A stretch of 61,922 nt of DNA from a virus (lineage: Duplodnaviria > Caudoviricetes): IMG/VR virus record IMGVR_UViG_3300009678_000065, positions 1-61,922 of that record. One strand, given 5' to 3'. The notes beneath the pieces are model-generated. The model worked only from the letters and a program-made list of their open reading frames with translations. It was not told the origin of the DNA and ran no database searches. The position numbers and the translations under genes are program-made. Shown here in pieces: positions 52,221-60,967 of the stretch (position 1 is its first letter; every line of letters begins with the position of its first letter).

Positions 52221-54343
52221 TTGGACTCAGCCCACGACGGCCCGGTGTTCGACGCCCAGAGGATTGGCACCCGGCAGTCGAGTCTTTGTTGGTTTAAGAA
52301 CTCCTTCATGCGTGGAAGCGTCTGCGGATCAATGAGGTCGCCGCACAGTTCGTCATGGACCGTGAAACGAGGAACGAATCCCAGGGTGTGTCGCTCCTTG
52401 TATACGTCGATCAACGCCACCTTGTTATCGTCAGCGGCCGTGCCCTGGATCACGCGGTTGAGGGCCGAGTACATTCTGTCGCCCGACCGGAACCGCGCCC
52501 GCCGCCCCAGGGCCGTCATCACGTAGCCCCGGTGATCCTTGGTGCAATAACGCTTGCAGCCGTCGTCGTGGCCCGGTTTGGCCGTGTCTGAGGCCAGGTT
52601 CAGCAGGTCCCGAACTTCGGGGAACATCGAATGGTACGTTTCGTACAGGGCCTTGGTCTTGGCTACCCGAGGGTCATTGGCCGCGACCTTGTTGCCGTGC
52701 CGCTGCTGGATGCCGCGCAGCTCCAGGAGTTCCGACTCGGTGATCTCGCCCACCATGAAAGCGATCTTCAACATGCCCGCGCCGTAGAGCGAAGCGAAGT
52801 TGAGGTTTTTGACGTGGGTTCGCTCGAAGTCTTTCTTGGTGTGCTCCAGGATCAAACCGTGGACCAGGACGTGGTAGTCCGTCATGGGGTCCCTGCGGTA
52901 GGAGTCGATCAGTCGTTCTGACTCTGAGTACGACACAAAGCGTCGGTACTCGATCTGCGCCATGTCGGCTGTGAACCACACCGCATCTGGGTTGGCCTGC
53001 CTGTCGGGCACGAACAACTTACGGACGATGTAGTCCTGGGTGGGGTTGAAGTCCTGCTTGGGATTGAACTGAGACTTGACGCCATACACCTGTTGGATGT
53101 TTCCACCGTCTTTCTTCTGACGACCGTTCTCATCGTAGTACTGCATGGCAGCCGACGAGAACCTACCGCTCACCGCGCCACCCGCTCCGCTGCCATCCTT
53201 TTTGTCTCGCTCGTAGGGCAGCTGGTGAAGTTCGTAGCGGAGGATACCGCTGCTGCTCACCGACCGTAGATACTTGACCAGGAACTTAGACCGCAGGCTG
53301 GCGATCGAGATAGCCTTGCGGACCAACGGAATCACCGGGTGATCGATCGCGGCCAGCAGGTCGTCGGCGTAGCTGTCGTTGCGCTCGCCCTTCTCGTTGG
53401 CTTCAGCGGCCTTCGGCGGGTCGATGTTGATCGCCCGGAACATTCGTGCCAGGTCGTCGCGCTTGTTGGGAGTGTCCAACAGCACGCCGGTCATGCGCTG
53501 GATCTCCAGCAGCAGGTGCTGAACGTCGCGTTCCGATTGGTCACACCACAGCGTCAGCTTCTCGACGTCGATAGGAGCACCGTTGTGTTCCATCTCGACG
53601 ACCACCGGGATGATGCCATCCTCGACAGCGCGCACCCGGTGCAGGTCCTGTTCGGTCAGCTGCGGCCACATGGCCTTCTGCAGCATGGCGACCATCAACA
53701 CGTCGTGTTCCGCGCGCCGGGCCACCAGGCCAGCTGGGTACTCCGCGAAGCGGCCCGCGTCGAGTTGGTAGCCGTCCGTCTCCGTCATCTTGCCCGCGTC
53801 ACTGCCGAGGAACGCGGCCACCAGGTCCTTCTGGTTGAAGTGGGTGCGGTGGTCGTCCAACAGCGCTGCGTAGTGCGCCACGTCCCCGAAGGTGCAGCCC
53901 TGGGCGTCCAGGTCGATGCCATCCTTGCGGAACAGGTGCAGGTCAAACTTGGTGCGAATGTTCACGACCCGTTTGTCGCGCAGCTCTCGGGTAGCCCACT
54001 CCTTGTATCGATCGATTGGGATGTTGGGTCCGATCTTGTGACGGATCGGCAGGTAGCGCGTCACACCGTCGGGCGTCCAGATGCCGGTGCCAATGATCTC
54101 GTCGTCGCGCCACCACGCCAGGCCCGTGGACTCGTGGTCGATGATGACTTCGTCGAACTGAGAGAGGTCGGGTAGCTCCGGGACCTGCCAGTCCTTCACG
54201 CTGTCGAGCATTTGGTTATAGGACCGACGCAACGGAATGTCGGCCACCTGGCGACGGTACTCCTGGCGACGTTGGTGGTGTTGCACCAACGCCGCTGCCG
54301 CTTCCTTCTGCTCTATCTGTGGAATCGAATCAAAGAGATCCAT
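52217..54343 (-). CDS. Family A DNA polymerase with 3'-5' exonuclease domain
   Basis: DHESTG (ExoI), KFDL, SGRFSS, ADMAQIEYR (A), KNLNFASLYG (B), QGTAAD, VHDEL (C). Confidence 0.95.
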   Translation of the reverse strand: MDLFDSIPQIEQKEAAAALVQHHQRRQEYRRQVADIPLRRSYNQMLDSVKDWQVPELPDLSQFDEVIIDHESTGLAWWRDDEIIGTGIWTPDGVTRYLPIRHKIGPNIPIDRYKEWATRELRDKRVVNIRTKFDLHLFRKDGIDLDAQGCTFGDVAHYAALLDDHRTHFNQKDLVAAFLGSDAGKMTETDGYQLDAGRFAEYPAGLVARRAEHDVLMVAMLQKAMWPQLTEQDLHRVRAVEDGIIPVVVEMEHNGAPIDVEKLTLWCDQSERDVQHLLLEIQRMTGVLLDTPNKRDDLARMFRAINIDPPKAAEANEKGERNDSYADDLLAAIDHPVIPLVRKAISIASLRSKFLVKYLRSVSSSGILRYELHQLPYERDKKDGSGAGGAVSGRFSSAAMQYYDENGRQKKDGGNIQQVYGVKSQFNPKQDFNPTQDYIVRKLFVPDRQANPDAVWFTADMAQIEYRRFVSYSESERLIDSYRRDPMTDYHVLVHGLILEHTKKDFERTHVKNLNFASLYGAGMLKIAFMVGEITESELLELRGIQQRHGNKVAANDPRVAKTKALYETYHSMFPEVRDLLNLASDTAKPGHDDGCKRYCTKDHRGYVMTALGRRARFRSGDRMYSALNRVIQGTAADDNKVALIDVYKERHTLGFVPRFTVHDELCGDLIDPQTLPRMKEFLNQQRLDCRVPILWASNTGPSWAESK

Positions 54344-54523
54344 GCAACGGTCGGCTCACCTTGGGAGGACCGTAGTATAGGACGTTGACTTCCTCGACCT
54401 CTTCGACGGTCGGGACGCCGCACCCCAGGTTCTGCATGCGCGGGTCGCTGCTCTGCTTGGGTTGATCTCGTAGAGGCTTGCGCGTGTGGCTGAGCAACAT
54501 CGTGTCTTCGATACAGTCTTTGA

Positions 54524-55429
54524 TCATGCTACGTTCCGAATCGACTTCAGTGTGTCTGTCAGGTTGGTAAGCGTGGTGAACCGGGGATCGGCCACCGTGA
54601 AAACGAGCGGAGAGTTCGGTGAGCCGTTCTCGATGCCGTGGGCCGCGAGTTGGTTCGCGGCATCCTGGCCAACGGCGATAATCATCTGGAGGGTGGGGAG
54701 GAGAGCCGCTTTGACACCATCAGAATTGTATGCCCACAGGGCGTTGGTGAAAGCCAGGCTCTCCTCTCTCCAGCCACTGTACCACAGCGCGCGATTCAAC
54801 GTCGCTGCAGCAAGATCTTTCATGGAGAAGGCGGGGAGGTACATCGAGTCGCTGGTGACGACCAGGGCCTTGGCGCGCGGGGAACCAATCAGCATCGCGG
54901 GCATGGTTGGTTCAACGTGCCAGGCCGCAAGGTCCGCCTGCGTCGGTTGATTGTCCGTTTCGTAGTTGAAGAGATGCGCGGTGGGTGTTCGGTTGGCCAG
55001 GCTGACCCACTTCTCGTACGCTCCCCGAAGGAAAGCTGGAGTTTGGTAGATCGGACGCTCCCGACCGTCCAGCATCACGTTCTTCAGCATCGTGACGTAC
55101 GAGGGCAGGCAAATCACCGTCTGGATACCCAGGGCGCGTTCGACTCGACGCACCAGGACCACTTCCTCATCGGTGATCGATGACCCATCTCGTAGCATGG
55201 GGCCGTAGAGAGTCTCCGACAGGTAGAAGCGATCGAACGCGGTGTTGTCCGGTGACTCCATCAGCTTTCGGGCGTAGGCCACTGGCGCGTCGTCCACGCC
55301 CGCCCACCCGGCCTGGGTCGTGCCACCGACGCCACCGCGCAGGGACTTCAGGTGGATGCGGTCGAGGCCAAGCCTCTCGATGACGGTGCTTTTGCCCGCG
55401 CCGTCCGGGCCTTCGACGATAAGTTTCAT
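54524..55429 (-). CDS. Thymidylate-kinase-like P-loop kinase fused to a degenerate UDG-like domain
   Basis: IVEGPDGAGKST, FDRFYLSETLYG; C-terminal LIGSPRAKALVV..FTNA..IIAVGQDA. Confidence 0.7.
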   Translation of the reverse strand: MKLIVEGPDGAGKSTVIERLGLDRIHLKSLRGGVGGTTQAGWAGVDDAPVAYARKLMESPDNTAFDRFYLSETLYGPMLRDGSSITDEEVVLVRRVERALGIQTVICLPSYVTMLKNVMLDGRERPIYQTPAFLRGAYEKWVSLANRTPTAHLFNYETDNQPTQADLAAWHVEPTMPAMLIGSPRAKALVVTSDSMYLPAFSMKDLAAATLNRALWYSGWREESLAFTNALWAYNSDGVKAALLPTLQMIIAVGQDAANQLAAHGIENGSPNSPLVFTVADPRFTTLTNLTDTLKSIRNVA

Positions 55430-56091
55430 TTATGGTGATCTCTTCTAAAACTTGCTCTAAATTCTCTCCTGAGAGAAAGTAACTCAATAACGTTTTCTGG
55501 GAGATACCCATAGACGATTTCAGTGTACTTTCTCCAGGCGTTAAGCCTATTTCGTTTTGCGGCCTCCCGTCCCCTGGACGTTTGTCGCCACTGGCGGCAG
55601 CGTTCAAGATACTTGGGGCCTTGTCTAGAGCGTTTCTGTGACGCCAGTCTGCTTTTGCGATTCTTAATCTTGTGCCTGTGATAGGAGTCACGCGCCTGTT
55701 TTAACAATCTCTCTCGTCTACAGGATAAACAAAATATAGATCGTGTTCGGTGGCCCTTTGTGGGTTTAAACGAACTCGCACAAGCTCTGCAAGAACGTAT
55801 TAAAGGTGGCTGGACCTTATGTTTATAATAACTCTTTAACCTTCTCTTACGTATACATGTGGCGCGATAACAGAATTTAGTGTAGGGGTTTTGCTTTGGT
55901 TTGAATAGTCTTCCACACTCACTGCAGTCGCGTGTTGCTGCTATTTTACTCTGATACCGGGCGCGCACTTGCCTGAGAAATCTCGTGTGCCTACAGGACA
56001 CACAAAATCTAGTTCGAGAATAATAACCCTCTAGTGGTTTAAAGAGAGTCCCACACTCCTGACATTTTTTAACTGAAGTGTGGGACTTCAC
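55426..56091 (-). CDS. AT-rich, basic protein with three CxxC..FC..C zinc-finger repeats
   Basis: CQECGTLFKP, CSECGRLFKP, CRACASSFKP; abrupt drop in GC. Confidence 0.65.
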   Translation of the reverse strand: MKSHTSVKKCQECGTLFKPLEGYYSRTRFCVSCRHTRFLRQVRARYQSKIAATRDCSECGRLFKPKQNPYTKFCYRATCIRKRRLKSYYKHKVQPPLIRSCRACASSFKPTKGHRTRSIFCLSCRRERLLKQARDSYHRHKIKNRKSRLASQKRSRQGPKYLERCRQWRQTSRGREAAKRNRLNAWRKYTEIVYGYLPENVIELLSLRREFRASFRRDHHK

Positions 56092-56092
56092 T

Positions 56093-56314
56093 TTACTTAA
56101 CCTTCTTCGCCGCCGCAGCCTCGATCGACATGCGGTTCGTCTCGCTGGCGCGGAGCCGGGCGTAGCCACCGATCACGACCGCGCCGATCTTGGCTTTGTC
56201 CATGTAGGTTTTGTTGGTGGTGCCCTCGTAGGCAAAGAACGCCCTGATGCGCTTGGCCCCTTCGATGGCCGTGGTCTCGAACTCGTCCAACGTCTTATCG
56301 CTGATTGCTCTCAT
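56093..56314 (-). CDS. Hypothetical protein
   Basis: GGAGG RBS; strong GC3 bias. Confidence 0.6.
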   Translation of the reverse strand: MRAISDKTLDEFETTAIEGAKRIRAFFAYEGTTNKTYMDKAKIGAVVIGGYARLRASETNRMSIEAAAAKKVK

Positions 56315-56480
56315 GTTCAATCCTCCTTTTAACTTCCGTGATAACCTTCTTAACGTAACGACGTGCCCATGACGGAGATCTTTGTGGTCTTCCCAGTACT
56401 GTCGCTAGCCATTCTACGTTTTCCTGACTAATACGCATCGGGCGATATTCAGGTAGCTGGTAGGTGTCTTCAAGTTTCAT
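56295..56480 (-). CDS. Small putative DNA-binding protein
   Basis: RPMRISQENVEWL.. RHH-like pattern. Confidence 0.4.
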   Translation of the reverse strand: MKLEDTYQLPEYRPMRISQENVEWLATVLGRPQRSPSWARRYVKKVITEVKRRIEHESNQR

Positions 56481-56531
56481 GCGTGAGCCCCTCTTGCTGC
56501 TGTAGGCTTGATGAGATCCGGTACTCCGTTG

Positions 56532-56825
56532 TTATTCTTCCGTTACCTTAACAAACTGGTCGCCGGGTTCCGGCGTCCAGGGCCTTACTGTTCTAATAGA
56601 CTCTAACAGGTGTAGTGTCGCACACGCAAACGTGCGATCGGTAGTCGTCATGTTGTCTTCGCTTGCGTGACAAAGCATATCACGGATGATATGAATTTGT
56701 GCCTCTTGCGTGCGTGCCAGGCTTTCTGCCCAGGTTCGTAGCTGATGTACATCAGTTGGATCGAGTTTCATCGACATCATCTTCTCATTCCGACGTTGCG
56801 TTTCAGTGCGTGAGTTTGTTTTCAT
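56532..56825 (-). CDS. Hypothetical protein
   Basis: ATGA coupling. Confidence 0.45.
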   Translation of the reverse strand: MKTNSRTETQRRNEKMMSMKLDPTDVHQLRTWAESLARTQEAQIHIIRDMLCHASEDNMTTTDRTFACATLHLLESIRTVRPWTPEPGDQFVKVTEE

Positions 56826-57052
56826 AGACCGTCCATGTCCTTCTGTCGCCCCAGGATGTAGTCAGGCCTTCGTGCGTTGTTCGGCGGGCACACGCAGAGG
56901 ATGCGCCAGCCCTCGTTCAGTCGTCGCTGCAGGTTGTCGGTGCAACAGTCCTCTTCGACGATTACCTCGTCCACGGTCAGCAGCCCCAGGTTCGGGATGT
57001 GGACGTGAACGACGTAATCTTTACCGTCAGGCAGGACGGTTTGCAAGGGCAT
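56822..57052 (-). CDS. Conserved phage hypothetical protein
   Basis: DCCTDNLQ..L.EGWRILCVCP..RRPDYILG. Confidence 0.6.
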   Translation of the reverse strand: MPLQTVLPDGKDYVVHVHIPNLGLLTVDEVIVEEDCCTDNLQRRLNEGWRILCVCPPNNARRPDYILGRQKDMDGL

Positions 57053-57059
57053 TGTGCCC

Positions 57060-57278
57060 TTAAAGCTTTTCACCGTGAAGTGCAGACCGATCGACGTCAG
57101 GCGCGGGCCGTCCGTCTCGATGTCGATGAGCGTCTCGCGCGGCCAGTTGTACCCCTTTGAGAGCCTCCTCTCCAGTTGGTGCCCCGGCGATGCTTGCTTG
57201 CATCACCGCCAGGCTGGCGGGGTTCTGAGCGAGCTTCTCAAACTCCGCTCGGTAGTCGAATTCGATGCGGGCGATCAT
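57060..57278 (-). CDS. Hypothetical protein
   Basis: ATGA coupling. Confidence 0.45.
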   Translation of the reverse strand: MIARIEFDYRAEFEKLAQNPASLAVMQASIAGAPTGEEALKGVQLAARDAHRHRDGRPAPDVDRSALHGEKL

Positions 57279-57766
57279 GCGGCCACCGTCCGCAGGTACA
57301 ACCGGGCCTTCAGCATCGCTCCCTTGTTACCGGAACCCGAGGGTGGTTTGACTTTTGAGTAATCAGTCTTGCTGCACTTCGGGCAGTCGGCCACCTTCGG
57401 TTTGCAGAAGCATGTGGGTTTCATTTGTAGTCCTCGCAGATCTGTCGAAGGCGCGCTTTCCCCGCGCCGTACAAACTTCCGCCGAGAAGGATCTTCGCGC
57501 AGCTGCGACACGTCGGTGCGTAAACTGTAGATGTCGAGCGGATTGTTCCGCTTGGCCTTGGGCATGCGTGGCTTGCCGCACATCGGACACCGGCCGCGCA
57601 GTTTGCGCCAGATGCGTTTGAGCCACCACCGTTCCTCTGGGAACCAGAGGAACTCGCTGGCATATCCGATCGGTGGACAGGTGACCAATGCTATGGGATG
57701 CTGGATGATCAGCGCGGCGATGATGCCCAGCAACGCGGACGTCAGGATGTGGCCGAGGAGTCTCAT
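57275..57766 (-). CDS. Membrane-anchored Cys-containing hypothetical protein
   Basis: N-terminal TM; CPMC and CPKC. Confidence 0.45.
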   Translation of the reverse strand: MRLLGHILTSALLGIIAALIIQHPIALVTCPPIGYASEFLWFPEERWWLKRIWRKLRGRCPMCGKPRMPKAKRNNPLDIYSLRTDVSQLREDPSRRKFVRRGESAPSTDLRGLQMKPTCFCKPKVADCPKCSKTDYSKVKPPSGSGNKGAMLKARLYLRTVAA

Positions 57767-58140
57767 TTGTCAATCCCACTGCAGGTGCAGCGTGGGTCCT
57801 TCGGCATCGGTTTCTGCGGTGGCGCGTTGTTGGCGTCGTACTTCCAGCACTTGGGGTTGCCGCATCCCATGCCGACGTGGACGTCGCCGTTGTGATTGTC
57901 GTCGTGGCAGGCCAACGGGCAGATGTGATTTGGGCCGACCCACTTGATCAGGTAGTTCTCTTCCTTGATCAGTTTGGCCTTCTTGAGTCGCTCGATCACC
58001 GTATTGTAAGCCTCCAGGGACAGAGAACCCATCACCGTGGCGTAGAGGTGGCCGGAAGGAATCTCCCCGGCCTGGCGGACGGCTTCAGCGACCACCATGA
58101 TCAAGGTCATGGCCGCGCGTTGATCTGATGGGGTGCTCAT
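57763..58140 (-). CDS. Winged-helix-like protein with Cys-rich tail
   Basis: EAVRQAGEIPSGHLYA..LKKAKLI. Confidence 0.55.
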   Translation of the reverse strand: MSTPSDQRAAMTLIMVVAEAVRQAGEIPSGHLYATVMGSLSLEAYNTVIERLKKAKLIKEENYLIKWVGPNHICPLACHDDNHNGDVHVGMGCGNPKCWKYDANNAPPQKPMPKDPRCTCSGIDK

Positions 58141-58589
58141 GCTGCACGCTCCCAGTAGATCGGGCAGAGACCGTTCTCGATGCGGTCCTTGTGGCCAGGC
58201 TTGAAGACGACGATCATGGTGCCGTAGGGGCACGGTTGCTCCGCGCCCACGTGTTGGATCTTCGACCGCATCACGTGGATCTCGTGGGCGTGGCCGAGGA
58301 CCAGCTCTTGAAAGTACTTGGTGCTGATCGTCTCGACCCGGATCACCGCGCAGTGCGGTGTCGAGTGCAGGCGGGCCAACGCGCGGGCACGTGAGAGCCG
58401 ATCGTCGTCGCCCTCGTCCTGGATGCCCAGCGGGGTCACCAGGGTCACGCCGGGTACGATGCCCCGGATCAACGCCAGCGTTTCGCAGTCGTATTCCTTC
58501 GCGCCCTCGCCGGTGGTGATGCGCGCGGAGTTTCGTGGCTTGGAGGTTCCGTTGTTGCGATGCATCGCCTTGCGGTTCTTGTGACTCAT
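58137..58589 (-). CDS. Degenerate phage Dam (N6A methyltransferase)-like protein lacking NPPY
   Basis: TKYFQELVLGHAHEIHVMRSKIQH..PCPYGTMIVVF resembles the Dam C-half; LVTPLG in place of NPPYG. Confidence 0.5.
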   Translation of the reverse strand: MSHKNRKAMHRNNGTSKPRNSARITTGEGAKEYDCETLALIRGIVPGVTLVTPLGIQDEGDDDRLSRARALARLHSTPHCAVIRVETISTKYFQELVLGHAHEIHVMRSKIQHVGAEQPCPYGTMIVVFKPGHKDRIENGLCPIYWERAA

Positions 58590-58807
58590 GCTTTCTCCTT
58601 GGTAATAAACCCTTCGTCCGTCATCACTGCCTTGCGAGTCCTGGCAAACTGAAGACCCGCTAGAAACGCCAGGACCATCTTTTCCTGCAGAAGTTTTTGA
58701 GTTTCCTTGCTCAAATTGTTAAAGGCACCTCGACTCGGAACACGTGGCCGCACCCACTTTTGAGCAATCGATCGTCTGCGTAAAAGGCTATTGAGGTTCC
58801 GAGTCAT
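58586..58807 (-). CDS. Hypothetical protein
   Basis: ATGA coupling to the downstream gene. Confidence 0.45.
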   Translation of the reverse strand: MTRNLNSLLRRRSIAQKWVRPRVPSRGAFNNLSKETQKLLQEKMVLAFLAGLQFARTRKAVMTDEGFITKEKA

Positions 58808-59540
58808 ACGTCTTTTCCTTCAAGAGACCTGCTTGCTTGAGTCGGCTGATCAATGACGCGGGGAATTGCACGCCGAGGTCGGTGAGGCTCTGACCGATAG
58901 CCGCGACCAGTTCCGCTGACGTCGCTGAGTAGTCGGGTGGCTGTTGCCCGAAGAAGGACTTCACGAACTGAGCGGGCGCAGACTTCGGCCATTCCCCTTC
59001 GGGGTTGTGGACCAAGGGCCGTCCGCGCATGACCGGGAACCGATCGCCGGGCAGCTTGGCCGGGCGTTCCTTCTTCGGCTTGGGCACGCTCGCGACCTTG
59101 TCGCCATCAACCTCGTGGTGGCCAACGAACCCTGCGGCCTCGGCCGTCTCCGCTTGCACGATCGCGTTGACAACGGACCTGGCCGCGCCCTCTTTGACCG
59201 TGAGGCCGGTGCGCTTCGGCTTGGCCGACGACGCGGGCGAGGAGTCGTCGATCGGCAGGTGTTCCCAGGCTGCGTAGTCTTCACCGCATTTATACAATGC
59301 GCCAGTGAACTGGCCCTCGGTGTCGGAGAAGACAAACACCGAATCGACATCGGTGTACTTGGGATCTCGTCCGTAGACCAGGTCCACCGCTTTCTCGTGC
59401 GCGGCCTGCGCGCGAAGCGACCCGGTGATGCGGTCGGTGAACTGCTTGCCCTTGGCGTCCTCGCGCAGGAGCAGCAAGACGTAGGGACCCTGGTGCCGAT
59501 CGTAGATCGGTCTGAAGTTGAGCGGAGCGGGCGCGGTCAT
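58788..59540 (-). CDS. Hypothetical protein with C-terminal wHTH-like segment
   Basis: GGGAG RBS; SATSAELVAAI..SLISRLKQAGLL. Confidence 0.6.
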   Translation of the reverse strand: MTAPAPLNFRPIYDRHQGPYVLLLLREDAKGKQFTDRITGSLRAQAAHEKAVDLVYGRDPKYTDVDSVFVFSDTEGQFTGALYKCGEDYAAWEHLPIDDSSPASSAKPKRTGLTVKEGAARSVVNAIVQAETAEAAGFVGHHEVDGDKVASVPKPKKERPAKLPGDRFPVMRGRPLVHNPEGEWPKSAPAQFVKSFFGQQPPDYSATSAELVAAIGQSLTDLGVQFPASLISRLKQAGLLKEKTYDSEPQ

Positions 59541-59551
59541 TCGTCTCTCCC

Positions 59552-59728
59552 TTATGCGATGAACTTCTCGATCGTGATCTTGTCCACCGCGATCGTCGTG
59601 ACGCCCTCGATAAACGCCAGGGCCTGCTGCAGCGCAACCACCGTATCAGTGGTCTTGCTCCGAACCGTGATCGCTTCGACCTGGTGGTCGCCTGGCATCT
59701 CGACAAACGTAAAAGTGATCTTCAACAT
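59552..59728 (-). CDS. Small hypothetical protein
   Basis: GGAG RBS; MLKITFTFVE.. Confidence 0.5.
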   Translation of the reverse strand: MLKITFTFVEMPGDHQVEAITVRSKTTDTVVALQQALAFIEGVTTIAVDKITIEKFIA

Positions 59729-59747
59729 GATTGGCTCCAGGGTTCTC

Positions 59748-59954
59748 CTATTCACAGTGTTCACATCGATTGCAATTCCGCGTTGGCCCAGGTACTGCGC
59801 GGCTGCCAACCCGCCGTCCGCCCGCGAACACCGGCTCTCGCCGTCCGCCAGGCTGGTAGTTCAATTCCCCGCCGCACCCCTTCGGGCAAGCCCGAGGTTG
59901 GCGCGCGTGAAACTGGCACTCGGTTCCGGCCCGCTCGTTGCAAGCGCAGGTCAC
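59748..59954 (-). CDS. Zn-finger protein
   Basis: CAC..C..H, CPKGC, CNRC. Confidence 0.45.
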   Translation of the reverse strand: MTCACNERAGTECQFHARQPRACPKGCGGELNYQPGGRREPVFAGGRRVGSRAVPGPTRNCNRCEHCE

Positions 59955-60114
59955 TAGGTAGCCCCGTTGGAACGTGGGTGCAAGGTTCACGCCTGCTCCA
60001 GTAATCGCTGGCGGCAGTCTTCGCAGATCCCGTGGGAAGCGTAGCCCTTCTCCGGCGACTCCTCGAAGGTGCATTTGATCCGTTTGCACCAGGCGCAGAT
60101 GACCTCTTTGATGG

Positions 60115-60342
60115 TCACTTGGTTTCCGCCTTCCAAGCAGGCTCGCTCGACGTTGGCGCGGGGTCATCGCTCTTGGTGGCCCGGCCAGCCCAGTAGCCCT
60201 TCTCGTAGATCTTGTCGGGGTGGCTCTTGCCGTGCTTGCTCCACACCGCTGAACGCCCGGCCAACCCGTCGTTGCGTCCATCCCAGAAGCCCCAGTTGAA
60301 CCGGATGCGCGGGGTTGCCTTGGTAGCGGTTGTCGTTTTCAT
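60115..60342 (-). CDS. Early hypothetical protein
   Basis: RFNWGFWDGR..YEKGYWAG repeats. Confidence 0.55.
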   Translation of the reverse strand: MKTTTATKATPRIRFNWGFWDGRNDGLAGRSAVWSKHGKSHPDKIYEKGYWAGRATKSDDPAPTSSEPAWKAETK

Positions 60343-60382
60343 GATGGTGTAGACGGTGTCCTTGGTTAGTTGGTTCCGTTGG

Positions 60383-60709
60383 TTAGTCGCGCGCGTCGTA
60401 AAAGGTAATCGTGCCGTTGGCACGCTTGTTGTACACCAGGATCGTTCGGCTCTGGTTCGTCCGAATTTGCACCTGGTCAACGTTGGCCTGGCGCAGGTAG
60501 GCGCGGGCTGCCTGGACCGCGCGCAACGCGCCGTTGTACACAAAGGACCCGGAACCGGCCAACCGCCCGGCCTCGGCCGATTGATCCGCCGTCCAGCCCT
60601 GCCAGGCCGAACGCGCGCGGGTAATAGGGGTGAACCCGTTCTTGCGGGTCTTCCCGGCCTGCCAGTGCGACCCGGCGATTACCAAAGTGTAAGGGGTGAC
60701 GTTTGCCAT
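60383..60709 (-). CDS. First gene of the leftward early operon (probably leaderless)
   Basis: ATG lies 12 nt after the TGCA of a sigma54-like box; no clear SD. Confidence 0.6.
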   Translation of the reverse strand: MANVTPYTLVIAGSHWQAGKTRKNGFTPITRARSAWQGWTADQSAEAGRLAGSGSFVYNGALRAVQAARAYLRQANVDQVQIRTNQSRTILVYNKRANGTITFYDARD

Positions 60710-60721
60710 GCCCCGTACCAT

Positions 60722-60737
60722 TGCACGTTCGGTGCCA
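60722..60737 (-). promoter_or_regulatory. sigma54-like promoter TGGCACCGAACGTGCA (leftward)
   Basis: GG-N10-GC with TGGCAC -24 box; heads the minus-strand early arm. Confidence 0.6.
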
Positions 60738-60770
60738 GGCCCAATGCCCCGGATTCCGGCCACAATGCGA

Positions 60771-60785
60771 TGGCACGGTCCTTGC
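60771..60785 (+). promoter_or_regulatory. Consensus sigma54 site TGGCACGGTCCTTGC
   Basis: Matches TGGCACG-N4-TTGC; the same 14-mer occurs at 32953 upstream of terS. Confidence 0.5.
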
Positions 60786-60857
60786 CAAGTGACCACCCTT
60801 GAGACTGGGTGAGGCACGGATTTGCGCCACATTTTGGGCTAGTGTTCTACCCTGAGA

Positions 60858-60879
60858 CATGACAACAATTGTTGTCATG
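60858..60879. promoter_or_regulatory. Perfect 22-bp palindrome CATGACAACAATTGTTGTCATG (operator/enhancer candidate)
   Basis: Self-complementary; lies between the divergent promoters. Confidence 0.6.
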
Positions 60880-60939
60880 AACTCACAATTTGTGTCACGT
60901 TTCTGGGCCAAGAACCCCGGATAGTGGCCAGAACCCGGT

Positions 60940-60955
60940 TGGCAAGCAACGTGCA
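60940..60955 (+). promoter_or_regulatory. sigma54-like promoter TGGCAAGCAACGTGCA (rightward)
   Basis: GG-N10-GC; near-identical to the leftward box; ATG 12 nt downstream. Confidence 0.6.
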
Positions 60956-60967
60956 TTGTAAGGGGTC

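Noticed and set aside
59806-59902. Structured RNA with a GTTCAATTCC T-loop-like string
   Set aside because: It lies antisense within a plausible Zn-finger ORF (59748..59954) and the flanking stem does not pair.
60812-60826. Fourth sigma54 site AGGCACGGATTTGC
   Set aside because: GG-to-GC spacing is 9 rather than the obligatory 10.
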